From positions 228,122 to 292,121 of the forward strand of contig CBFFRP010000035.1 of assembly GCA_965644295.1 (NCBI GenBank): a stretch of 64,000 nt of DNA. The letters run 5' to 3'. Below the pieces are notes generated by a model. It saw only the letters and a list, made by a program, of their open reading frames with translations, was not told the DNA's origin and searched no databases. Positions 37,043-49,765 of this stretch are shown here, piece after piece (the first letter of the stretch is position 1; each line of letters starts with the position of its first letter). The stretch is from Paraphysomonas bandaiensis (Eukaryota > Protista > Chrysophyceae). The translations under genes and the position numbers were made by a program.

Positions 37043-38219
37043 GTGGATTAGTGCGTGTATTATGTGTTACCATGTTGTATTTGGTAGCGGCATGAGTGAT
37101 AGAGCACTAGTGAGTAAATATCACAATGATGTGGAATCGGTATGGATAGCAGTGTAGTAAACGTATGGATGCGAATATATCAGTCACTACCGTTTTCACT
37201 TTACGTGCAGCAATACATAATAGCATAGGTTCATAGGTTATATTCACGCTGATTAACACCAATTGTGTACCTGCTTTTCGTGACCGAGTTGGACTTCTCA
37301 GTGTCCAACTTGCCACTTATGAGAATGCTGCCGACATCAACTATTCAGTCGATAGTATGTGGGAACTGAGCGTACAACAATTCGAACAATGATCTTAACT
37401 GTAGTTCTCAAATGTATATTTCCTAGACTACTTACGCACTACTTCATCTAAACAGTTTTCCTATCATATACAAGTCACACATGTAATAATAAACTTATCC
37501 AAAATGACACTAGGATGAGAGAAATTAATCAACTGAACCATTAAACTTACTCAATAATAAATAATTACGAAAATTGTGATCAACATCTCCTATCATTCAT
37601 TTCCATCAGTATTCGACATTAGAATGGATAAAACTTAAATAACTGAATGACGTGACTAGGGGTGTTTGAGCACTACCGTTAGTGATGTGTGATGATGATA
37701 TTGATAATTGTATCCTCCTCTTGCCCATGGGTACAGGTGATATTAATATTAATACATACTTGTACTTATTATTCTTGAAATCTCAAAACTTAGCTCTATC
37801 TAACAATTAAATACCTATATACCTTGCTATTTTATTATAGTTTAAGGAATATACATCCCATATTACTGCAAGTAGTATGCTGTAGAGTATAAGTAAAAGA
37901 TAACGTCTCTGCTGAATGCTGAATGAGAGTTGGGTCACTTCTTTTACACGTTTTTAGCATACGGTTTGTTTGGCATAGAAGGAAGAGTCACCAGTTTGGA
38001 CAATAATGCATTCTCAGTTTTTGGGAAGTACTTTAAGTCAGTAGAACGCTGTTGTAGTTAGTAGTCACGGTCTTTCGCGTAGAAAGGTTACACTCGCTAC
38101 ATAAGTCACATTATTACCACTGGACGTGTAACTAGTAACTAAAAGGAAATACTAAATTGAAACAATCTCTAATAACTACTACAGTACAAATAATGGTAAT
38201 GCTGTACAGTTTAATGCTT

Positions 38220-38362
38220 GCTACGAGAACTATTTTAGTGTGACACCGCAAGCACCAAGTGCAACCGTCCTCGCTATTACTCAAGTTGGTATACCTGGCA
38301 TTTGCTGACATCAGGTATTAAAGTTCTTATAACTCGACTTCAGCCGGCAGCCATAATCCCCA
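38220..38362 (-). mobile_element. Degenerate family-A fragment
   Basis: caccgcaagcaccaagtgcaacc...cttcagccggcagcc is similar to 16350-16510. Confidence 0.5.
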
Positions 38363-39323
38363 GATATACTCTTTCGACGTCTATATAAATTATTATTTGT
38401 TTAAATACTCCACTAACTTTCGTACTAACAATCTCTTTTTGGGGTCATTGTATTGCAGTATATATATGTCCTTCTCTCTTGGTTGACAATTTTAAGTGCT
38501 TTGCCATGAATTCAACAGCCTCGAAGATGTGTCTTTCTATTCCAACCACTTCTCCACTGTATTAGTTTCGAATGGTAGTTATCGACGGGTCTCACTCTGG
38601 CCGCTCCTCGAGTCCTAAATGGTTTCGATTCTTTCGCATGAGCTATACCTCTAGAGTTTCATTGTCCAGTTGATCACTCCAAACTGATTGAAATTTGGAA
38701 GCTGTGTCCAATCTGAACTACCATCCACTACCATATGACCTCAGATCTCAGATAAATAGTCACGATCTTATACATAGTCAATATATTTCAGTTTGGCATT
38801 ATCATTAATTTCCATATTACTTTCTCTGACTACTATATTAATAAAGGTTTTTATTATTCTTGGTTAAGATGGTGTAACACCTCTAGTCAAGTAATTGAAA
38901 AGCGTAGTCATTATTAATAAATACTTCAAATTTTCAGTTTATAATGACTAGGTGCTTACGGTATTCACCCTCAATAGTCAATAGATGAATGAAGATATTG
39001 TATACATACAATACACAATACATTTCATCATCTCATTCAAATGGGAAGTTTCTCCTGGAGACTGTCACAACGTGTAATAAACACGGTGATTAACTAGGTT
39101 GAATCATTTATTACCTTGACTAGGTATTTACACCAAATTTAGTGTGACTAGGTTGAACAATATTTTCCACAACCTTAAAATACAGCTTTTAATTGCTCAA
39201 AATAGCTATACTCAACAGTCATATCGATCACTGCTAAACGAAACAAAACTATTCATATCCCATATATAATATAACACCGGCGTTGACTGATAACTGTGTT
39301 CTGATAAGTTAGTAAAAAATGAG

Positions 39324-40884
39324 TTACATAACTGTACATTTCGGTGCGCTTTCTGGGTGGTACGTTTTCACAAGTTTCTCCGTGCGAATCCAGGGGTGCT
39401 GGACAGTCTTGATAGGGTCCCACACCGTCCCCTCTTGCTTAATGGCAGTATCCAATGTCTGTACGAAGGATTCCCAGTTTGCATCGGGATGAGGCAAAGC
39501 ATTGTTGTCGCCGTTAAAATAACTGGTTCATACGACGTCAGCACGATGACGTCAAAATATAAAATATCACTATAAAACCAACGCGTACAAGAGTTACTTA
39601 CAGCATAGCACAGACAGCTCGCATCTGCTCCGGAGCCAATGTCGCCTCGTCGATCAGATCCATTTCTTTCACCTAAAAAAGAATATAAGGCTGAATTTCT
39701 CTGACCGATATGTGACCAAGTATATATAATGACAATTCTACTGAAACTTTGCAACAGTCCAGCATAGGTACGTATACTAGTACCTGCACCCCCCACTCTC
39801 GAAGTCTGTGCAGGGGCTCCCCATAGGTGAGCCACTTATTGTGCTTATGAACCTCCTTCGCTTCACCCACGAGGTCGTCCAGTACGTCGATTTCTAGTTC
39901 CAGCTGCTGATCAATTGAGTTCCAGTATGTACCGATATCTTCCTCATCCGTACAAAGACGCACCACTACCCATACAGGAAGGTTCTATACCGAAAAGTAT
40001 AAATGACACAAGTGTAAAAATGCTGGCGAAATAATAAAGATCACATATTATTACCTCTAGCAGCGCCATCGCCTCCGCCATATTACCGTCACTGGCATCC
40101 CCATCAGTCATAATTATAATAACAGCTTTCTGTGCATTGGCTCTTAACCGGTCCTCTACGGCTTTAAGTCTGTCGATCACCTCGCTAACATGGCGACAAA
40201 GAGGAGTAGCACCTCCTGTGTGTGAAACATAAACAAATTCGATACATTCCACCCACAGACAAAACAAAAGACGATTGAGAAAATTCAATATAATGGCGAC
40301 GTACAAAACTAGTAGTGCGATTGTTGGCAAAACTGTACTTACCCGGAGATCTGTCTAGTATTTCGTTAAGCTGTTTGTAGGCTGCCCCATCATCTGTTCC
40401 CTCTCCAACAATCATTGGTGGGGCACCGTTTAACAGTCTAAACTCGGTCGGAATTCCAACGGCCTCCGCTAACCCAGCGTGGAAGCGAAGTGCATCTGTT
40501 ACTTCTGCCCATCGTGAGCAAGGTACAAGCCTATAGAAAACACGTGAGCATTATTGAATATATACATCCATAAGGCAAACGAACTTATTCGCATTTCCGT
40601 TTTCTATACGCCTGTGACCATCGTTCTTTGCCATGGACCCTAATACACTAATTAGTCGCTGTATTGCAACACGCAGCAATGATACACTATACCAGAATCA
40701 TCGACAATGAAATAGCGCACAGGAAACCGCTGGCAGCCTTTAATAAACACATTTTGCAAGCTCGACGGCCAGTTGTGCTTCGTTAAATACCTCCGCGTTG
40801 AATCCTGCGAACATAATAAAATACACCAATCACTTCAGTAATTATTCGTACCTCATCAACGGTCAACGGCCCCATTACATTCAT
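39324..40884 (-). CDS. vWA-domain protein with C-terminal CaaX (KCTVM), multi-exon
   Basis: MIDAS IVDDSG|SM, GATPL, IIMTDG; spliced final exon ends ...[10 protein letters not shown]; the start may lie further upstream. Confidence 0.75.
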
Positions 40885-40984
40885 AGTTCTTGCTAACTAC
40901 TTAACAGAGAGAACTATGCACCACTTTAATATACAGACGAGAAATTTTCATCTCAAGAACAAGCAAGATATGATGATGATGTAC

Positions 40985-41385
40985 TTATGTATATATATGT
41001 ATATGTACATATGTATGCATACCTACCTACCTACCTACCTACCTACCTACCTACCTACCTACCTACATACATACATATACATACATACATACATACATAC
41101 ATACATACATACATACATACATACATACATACATACATACATACATACATACATACATACATACATACATACATACATACATACATACATACATACATAC
41201 ATACATACATACATACATACATACATACATACATACATACATACATACATACATACATACATACATACATACATACATACATACATACATACATACATAC
41301 ATACATACATACATACATACATACATACATACATACATACATACATACATACATACATACATACATACATACATACATACATACA

Positions 41386-41418
<33 letters not shown>

Positions 41419-41420
41419 GT
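40985..41420. repeat. Compound microsatellite (CTAC)n + (ATAC)n
   Basis: Directly visible. Confidence 0.98.
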
Positions 41421-42890
41421 ATACAGTAGAATACAATACCATATGGTGAGTGATGAGATCCGATTCATAGTTGGGTATGTATCTTCTGTGAGATCATACT
41501 GAGCACTGCCATGAGTGATATAAGCGACACAAATTCATACACAGACACTCCAAAATGGTTTGAACCACCCCTGAAATGAAGAGGAAGATGTCATACTAAC
41601 CCAATCTCGATACTATAGATTCCATTTCCTGAATGCAAGGACACTTCCTCATAGTCTAGTCGGACGATACTTGGAGTCGCACTCTTATTTTGTCCCCTGC
41701 GTACTTACGTAAAATGTTCCAAATTGGCACTATTTTTCTGTCACTTTTCCCAATACACAGCAAGCTCACTGTTGTGTGTACCACCCCATCAGTATAGTTT
41801 GATTCATTATTTAGCAACGTATTCGCTCTCCTCTTCGTAGAAAATTAATCCATTCCGATGTTTTTTTTAACTTCACTGCTTTCTGAAGATCTTTTTTAAT
41901 TCTCTTTTTCATTGATTCGATTACTCTTAGTCTTGCTTGTTTCATCACAGAACGACCTTAAACTCCTCGGCTCTTCCCTTGACGTGTTAATAGAGCGATC
42001 TTCAGGTCTTTTCTTTCCAGAAAATCTATTTAATGCAGCCCTTATTACCACATATTGGTAACTACACACTAAATTTTAGGCTCATGTAGAGCTTCCTGAA
42101 TTGCGCTTGGCTTGATCATATCTACGACATATGGTAACCAATTCATTTTATACATATTTTGCTACAAGTCCTCAACAAAGCTGGTAAAACGGTCAAAAAT
42201 TGGTGAAATTTTGAAAAAATTGATTTAAGTTGAGTTTTTGATATATTTAGCAATAAATAATGTAGTGGATGTAAATAAAACATGTTTTAATGACATTTAG
42301 TAAACTTTATATTGCTTAGTTACAGATCAAAAACGTGAGAATGTAACGGTTACATTATACATAATGTAATATATATATGCATACTGCATATTACTATATA
42401 GTGCTACGTATAATATTAAAGTTCTGTTGCTTAAAGCGATAACCAACTAAACTTCTGGCACGTTTACCAATAATGATAGATGCAGAATCAACTGCACCAG
42501 TGTCTACCTACTCCGTAGAGGGTTCCTCAATATAACTCCACCTCGGAATACTTTCTCTGGAGAGGGTATGAGGCTTGTCTTGTTGGGCTACAAGCAACAT
42601 AGATTTCGAATAAGTACTTATATGACACTCTTCCATATGTGAAACCTGGTGAAATCACATTCCCAGGTTTGTTGATCACATCGAATTCAAAGTACAGCAG
42701 TATATCACTGTATAACTCCATAACAAATATTTTTGCAATAACAAATATTTGTGACACTACTACTTCTCCCTCCAGCTGAAGCCGGAAAATAAAACACGTC
42801 AGGGAGAGACAAAAGTAATACTTGTATATCAGCAACAATGCGTCATTCCAAGCATTAACAATTTAAAAGTCCAATTCATAAAGAAAGTAA

Positions 42891-43398
42891 CCCTCAACAA
42901 AGTCGAACTCGCACCTTTTCGTGGTGTTCTGGGGGATAAGTACAGGAGAGATTCTCTCTGGGAAACTAACGTAAGTCGCAAACATAGACAGCAGATATTC
43001 TTCTGTCCACTCATAGCCGAATGCTTGTGTGGTACAAGGAACACCAATAAGTGTCACTTGTGTAGACGTCTTTGAGCCCTGACAAATAAACAGGCATCCG
43101 GGAATGGGCACCTCAAGGGCACCCGGGACAGGGCCCACCTAAAGGATAACCGGGGTATTGGGTTGCCTGCTGAAGTCAAGCATCCGGGATGTTCACCTTA
43201 AGAACTCAGAGCGGAAGTGGTTGCACCTTGGTGCTTGCGGCGACGCACAAGCAGCTATCTTAGCCTTCAATAGTAGGATAAAAAAGTGTGTACTGATTAG
43301 TTACAGGTAGAGGTCTAACTAATTTGTCTAGCATTCATCTAGCTACTAAGTTGGTTCAGGTTTTTAACGTCTATTGCTAAGAATAACACTTTCAATAT
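42891..43398 (+). mobile_element. Full-length SINE-like family A, copy A4 (~508 bp)
   Basis: Flanked by near-perfect TSD AAGAAAGTAA / AAGAAAAGTAA; same 5' start as the other A copies; family-B-type tail ...ctttcaatat. Confidence 0.85.
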
Positions 43399-43599
43399 AA
43401 GAAAAGTAATCAACATATAAAGGTATAATAGAAAAAATATGATATAAATAAATCATATAAATAATCATGATACTAGTAAACAAAAGTAGGCAATTAAGGA
43501 GAATAGTAGGGTACTGTTGGCAGAAATCCTTTCCCACCAATACCATAGTAGAAGGATCAAACTCCGTGACTCGACCATAACAGTGAACATCTGAAATTC

Positions 43600-45872
43600 C
43601 ATAGGTAACAAAGTACTGAAATAATGCTAAAAAATAAAAATTCCATATCCCATACGACCATTGTGTACCATATCGAAGTCTTCCTTTGCTGACTGTGGCT
43701 TTGAGCCTTCCTTAATCAACTCCTGCAAATCCAGTAGGCGCAATTGTGTAGCGTCAGCATTATCGCTGGTGCAATAGTTCTAGCAAGTCAAATGAAATCA
43801 AAGGCTGTAGGTTTCAATAGTACGCATTATTATTCGAAAATACTTCCACACTTCTCGAAACCTCTAAATTGGTTTGTATATACACATTGCTTCGAGAGCA
43901 CATATCAAACGCACGGGATTAAAAACTACATATTACTCAAATACTTTTGAGCACGCTGCAGGTGTCGATAATAGTCTTTCTGATTCTGCTCTGACACTCT
44001 GCAGTAGATGTACCTATAGAGCCGAGGAGTGTGTGCTTCTGCTGGGCAACGAATTGCGCATCAGTGGGTGTTTGGTCTCCTATCACACAATATTCAATTA
44101 GGTACACTTATAATAATCGTGTACATATGAGAGATATTATGCGACGGCATTAGCCGTGGCGCAGTATACAGTAAGTAAATGAAGGAAGCTACTCACCATC
44201 TGTCGCAAACACGTCCAACCCTTCCCCTGTCATAAAAGATTCAACAGTGGATACCCAATTCTTGCCCTCGTATTTATTGGGATCACGGGGTAGACGTAGC
44301 GATTTGCTACGCTCAAAGAGTTCTCTTTGTAGTCGTCTAGCACTACCTACTGCATCACTCTCAAAACTCTGCACCATTTGAACGTGCATTATGAACTCCG
44401 GCAGCACGTTCTGCGGATGAAGCAAGATATATTCATCCCTGTAGTCAAACATAAAACGAAATTCACAATTAACGTAATGTGTTGTACACCTCTGTTCACA
44501 GAATATAGTATCGTATCCTTGTCTAGTGGCTTGTAAAAAATCCGCAGTTGTAACTGGTCCAGGCACGGTGAGAACTTTTGATACGAGTACTCTACACAAG
44601 GCGATATATCCCCCTTCTTCACATACGGAGCTGTCTTCGCTTGCCATCAGTGGATCCGAAAGGCTCTCTGGTGTGCTGGTGCGACTAAATCGCAAATATT
44701 CATGAGGAAATGTGGACAATGATGGGCTACCATGAGTAGCAAGCTTGAAAGCTGATCCAATACCCTTCACAGGAAGCGACCCTTCAGGTCGTCCTTTCCT
44801 TGCCGGAACAGGGGGATAGCAGAACCAACACCAGTCGAATAGATTCGTGTGAAGCATTGCAGTTATATCCTCTGTACTTCTTGCGGCATAGTGGAGCTGT
44901 CTGCACTTTGATGGACTGTGAGACCCATGAGCTACAGTGCTTGTACTCCGCTTAACTGGTGGGGCAGTGAAGGATTCGCGTTGGTGCAGCCCGTACACAC
45001 TGAGAGAGTATACACCCGATCGCGGAATGGCGCAAAATAGGCCACGAACTTTTCCTCCTTCATCAGCTTTGACAGCATTCTATGTAATCAACGCTATAAT
45101 GAGAAAGGAACATAATACAAGAATAGTCGCCATGCTAATCAATAGCTAGAACTAGAAGTAACCATTATAATGAAGTGATACCTGAAGGTACTTTGACAGT
45201 CTCGCATTATGCAAGTGGTAAATATTCAACACCCTCACACCCTGGTAGTTGTTATCCCGCAAGAATGATGCATTGATGTTATCCTTTATGGCCTTTTTGC
45301 ATCGCTTGTATTGCTCCGCATCTTTTTCCAAACATTTCACTGACACAGCTCCGTTTGTCTCTGCATAAATATATTTGGCAAAAACCTTGAATCGATATGC
45401 GAGTTGCGCTTGTCTTTGCAGAGATTCGATCAGCGTTCTCTCCGCTCTAATATTCACTCGGCTCAGCTCTAGCTCCCCGAGAAGCAGGGCGGTGTACTGC
45501 AAAGTAGAGCTCATTAGATCCTCGTCGTGGTCATGCTGTATGCTGTCTAAATTAGATATAAGGCTATCACACTCTGATTTCAGTGCTCGTAATATTCTGT
45601 CTCTGTTATACTCGTTGAGGTCACTAACTGCAGACAATGAACACATACCGCTTCAATGAGAGTGTCTTTGTCAGCATCTCAGCGCTCTCCAACTTATTCC
45701 TCAGCACCCGCCTCATGTGCATTCTAGACTTACGAAGAAAGTTTAATTGTCCAGTGATGTCTCTCTTCTGAGCCGCTGCGTCCACATCAGCTAACAGATA
45801 ACTGCTGAACGACTCGCTGGTGCCCGAGAAACTGTTCGACCGGAAGAACATCTCACCCGACACTGTCTCCAT
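43600..45872 (-). CDS. Multi-exon protein with a coiled-coil N-terminus and a degenerate PARP/ART-like domain
   Basis: VRVLNIYHLHNARL...RGLFC...LRFSR...IALCRVLV...GYDTIF...DEYILLHPQNVLPEFIM; both ends uncertain. Confidence 0.55.
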
Positions 45873-47266
45873 CTCCTCCGCAGCGCTATCAACTGAGAAC
45901 GGATAGCAGATGCATGCAGGGCAGGTCAGTGTACTGTTACATGTACATAACTTCCTGCAGTACATGTACAGCGAGCGCCTGTATGCATATGGTACAGGTA
46001 GGTAAACCACCACAGCACAGTTATATACTGCTGTATACATACAACGGTGTACTGTACTGCATATACTGCGGCTGTATTTGCTGCATACCGCCGTATACGG
46101 ATAGAGTAGTACGGGCGGTATCTTTGAAATCGGCTCATTGGTCAAGGTGCGTGATATTAACAGAACAACCAGACGTTTTCAGCAATCCATCATGTTCCAA
46201 CGGTGGAAGCGACAGCGGAGACTAGCGAGTGTGTGGAAGGCCCTTCCTGGGCGTAGCCCAAACCGCAAGCCTTTGTCTGCAAAGCCGTTTCAATAATACA
46301 GGACGTCTTTTTCTATGTCGGAGAGTATTTTACTTGCGTTAGTTGTGTTCATCATCTTCTTTAGAGATTTTGTAATTATAGATGCTTAACTACACCACAG
46401 CGCCTCGAAATTACAGAATATCACTATGTTTATATGGGAAGCCGTATATCGTCACCTTTGCATTTAGGGTAACATGACCATCCTTGATCATTTCCATTAC
46501 CTCATATATATGTCCTTTATCACTGTATGTAGTTGAAATGCTTACCATATGTAGTTGAAATTCTTCACGGGGGTTAACAGCTTCCTCTTCTCTGCGTATC
46601 CATCCTTTTCCCTAATTGTTTATATTTTATATATTGTTGTATGAGTATTTTGCCAAATATCAACCATAGTTTCATAATAATACTTAACGTATTCCACTAC
46701 TGATCTTGAATGTGCTTCATAGTTAGTTAGGATCATAGTCTTATAATCTATATTCACATTTGATTGTGTAAACTTATATATATATTTCTGTAGCAACATT
46801 GGGCGTCGTTATTAGTCATTTTTGTACCACAGTAGTAAAAGTTGCACAACATCAAAACACGACGGCGTGCTTTATGACTCCTGATTTCTTGGCTAAACTC
46901 AGTATTATTTACCCACAGCTAATTACAGAGGAAAATCCACGTTGTGTATATGTATATGGCGGTGGGTCTTAATATTTATCGAATTCATAATAAATCACAA
47001 CTGACCTCGTGAGACAACTCCACTGGTGCCACATATTCATGCATTATAAAGCACTTATTTAATTGCTTACTTAATATGAACAAGCATCATGAATTAATTC
47101 TGAGATAATTTCGAATACAACAAACACTGGCTTACACAGAAGTAAATAGTGTGACGCATTATTTGTCAAGTATTATATGAATGCGTTGTTTAAAAACAGA
47201 CCACTAGGATAAGTGTCTACGCACTGCATACCGTGCTACACATATATGTATTATCTGCACAGACTT

Positions 47267-48275
47267 TCATAGAGTTTTCGAAGTTTCACTTATAAAAAAG
47301 TTCGGCGGAAGATCCGTGTTAACAGCACTGCACACTTGTGTCCACTGTCGCAGTGACTGTACAGTGTCAAACGTCGGATCGATACCGATGTCACTCCACA
47401 GTCCCACAAAAGCCTCAGTTGCAATACACTGAAGGAGTTCCATGAGGTGTGATTTCACTTCAGTTATGTGCACGGGGGTGAGGGTGGGATTGTACTGTAA
47501 ATATAGCCCGGCACGAGTGGCGCGCATACGGTCCACTAGACCAAGTCTAGAGAGGAAAGTCAGCAGTGGCTCTTTAGATGGATTAAAAGTTTTCTCTCCA
47601 GCATCAAGAGTGTCTGTCGGGTAAGATACAGAAGGATTATCAACCAGCCAAGCGATTGGAAATTCACGTGGAATTCTACCAAGACGGTCAAACTCCTGAC
47701 TGAATTGCTCCAAGGACTCGAAATTGAAACTCATGACAAACCCCACAGATGACCGCAAATCCGCTTGCGTGTGGAGCATTTGTGCCAAAGGTATAGCCAC
47801 GAAATGATCTTTTATCTCGACCGCTAAGGTTGTTCGAGTGCCTTTGAGATCCTCTAGAACAGTTGAAAGAAGTACGGGAGAACATCCGTCTTTCAGCTTC
47901 ATTTGAGCCACCTGAGACCACTCTAAATCACGTATTAGAACTTTTTTCATCTCTGATTCCTCGTCATCAACATGATCGCCAAAAGTGTTGTTGTGTGACA
48001 AGACAATTTGATTATCAGAGGTACACCAAACATCACACTCTGCATATCGAATTCCTGTACGGTGTGTCAGAGTAAACACACGCAATTTTTCAAATACCTA
48101 ATTGGGCAGAGATTTGATACGCAGCACGCGTGTTTTCTAGTGGTCGAGACGCTGTTTGATCAACCCCGGAGAGGCGGTGCCAGCCGCGGTGAAGGACGCC
48201 TCTGGACACCCAATCACAGTTCTCAGGAAGACACAACTGCGCAGAATAGTGCTGTATGGTTGCGACTTCAGTCAT
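47267..48275 (-). CDS. Glycerophosphodiester phosphodiesterase (GDPD) family, 2 exons
   Basis: LHRG, ENTRAAY, AECDVW, VLSH, VEIK, MSFN, NTDLP motifs. Confidence 0.85.
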
Positions 48276-48789
48276 AGAAGCAGAAATATCGTCCACTTTG
48301 AGGGATAAATTGTATCCACAGATGAAATATGATTAAAATTATAATGTCAGACACATGTACATATACATATGTATTTCTATCTTGATTTTCAGCATACACC
48401 ACTACGAGCGATGGACACAACACACAACGTATCCATGGCCATCCCATCCCGCATCCCACGCATTTTTTTGCACGGCAGACAAAACTGTTTCCAAGAAAAA
48501 TTATTTAGCCCGCACCGCAGGTGCGGGATCCCGCACCCTTGTTTTTACACAAAGGCCGCACAGCAAGTGCGCCCATCGAGTGATCCAATCAGCAGAGTGC
48601 ATCATAGCATAGTGCATCATATCACATGCATCGAGTATATGTATATAGTAATATGACGAGGCAGCCATATGCAGCAGATACACGTTAATGAGTGCTTGAA
48701 TGATAGGTGATAACATGTGAAAAACCAAATAGAGATTGTACAATGAATACTTCTTCACTTCTAAATAAAGTTTATTAGCATACAGTAAA

Positions 48790-49353
48790 TCATAGATATG
48801 TGAAGTATGTCCACTTACCGGAGAAATCAGATGCCCGATGTATAATGTATTCACCTATGCGCTTCATTAGTTCTTTCCCCACTGGACTTGTTTTCTCTGA
48901 TATACGCACTCCTTGTGCGATACACCGCTTGATAATATGCTTTGATACTGCCGCTCTCACATCTTTGTACCACAGCTCATTGGAGCTGCTTAATAACTCA
49001 TTTCTTTTAAATCGCTTCGTCAGCGCAGTCTTCGTGTCTGACAAATACTGCCAAGCAGTACCTAGGGTCAAAGGCTTCTTCGTTGTTCCATGGACGGCGT
49101 GATCGATCAAAAAGCCACCGAAACATTGAAATAGTTCTACATTTATATCACTGTCTATGAGTTCCTTATACCTCTTCTTCCCGTCGAACCGCATCTCCAA
49201 GTACTTCGCAAACTGAGCTAACGCAGAGGAGTTACGATTTTTGGTTTCCCCATCACCGACTTTTCTAATGCCCCCTGTGGTAGTTGATTCCGTGGTAGTT
49301 GATTCCGTGGTAGTTGATTCCGTGGTAGTTGATTCCGTGGTAGTTGATTCCAT
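48790..49353 (-). pseudogene. N-terminal fragment of a Crypton-like tyrosine recombinase
   Basis: ALAQFAKYL...FQCFGGFLI...LTLGTAWQYLSDTKTAL...WYKDVR resembles the N-terminal core-binding domain; no catalytic R-H-R-Y part seen. Recognised from memory only. Confidence 0.45.
49276..49350. repeat. 15-bp tandem repeat x5 (encodes ESTTT on the minus strand)
   Basis: cgtggtagttgattc repeated five times. Confidence 0.95.
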
Positions 49354-49765
49354 GCTACTATGATATGTTCTCGCTGTTATTATGTTCTGTATGTATGATA
49401 CCATGCTGTGATGAGAGAGCTCCTCCTTCAACACCCACCTCCCTGGATCTATTACTCACCAGCAACACCATACATACCACTGGTCACTCATCATCACCAC
49501 TTATATAGTTCCACACCATTATGGTGCGGGCTTGAGTACGGTACCTTCCACATTTTACAGAAAAACTGCATGTATCAATAAGGGCCGTCTTATACAAAAC
49601 AAAACGACATTGTCCTACGATTTTTTTAGTATTTTTTTTTGTAGAAATGTCGTGCGACGTGTCGTTTGGGGCCTTATACAAACCAAAACGACACTTTCCT
49701 CTCATCTTGTCACATAGAATTTTTTTTTTTTTTTTGCTGGATTGATATATGTCGTTTTGGTAGTA

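Noticed and set aside
39324-39375. Suspected frameshift before the vWA CaaX motif
   Set aside because: On re-reading, GTG AAA ACG TAC...TGT ACA GTT ATG TAA is in frame.
6600-43260. Recurrent ~35-bp palindromic motif read as a CRISPR repeat or attC-like site
   Set aside because: Copies are dispersed, in both orientations, embedded in longer homology with TSDs; eukaryotic context and no cas genes.
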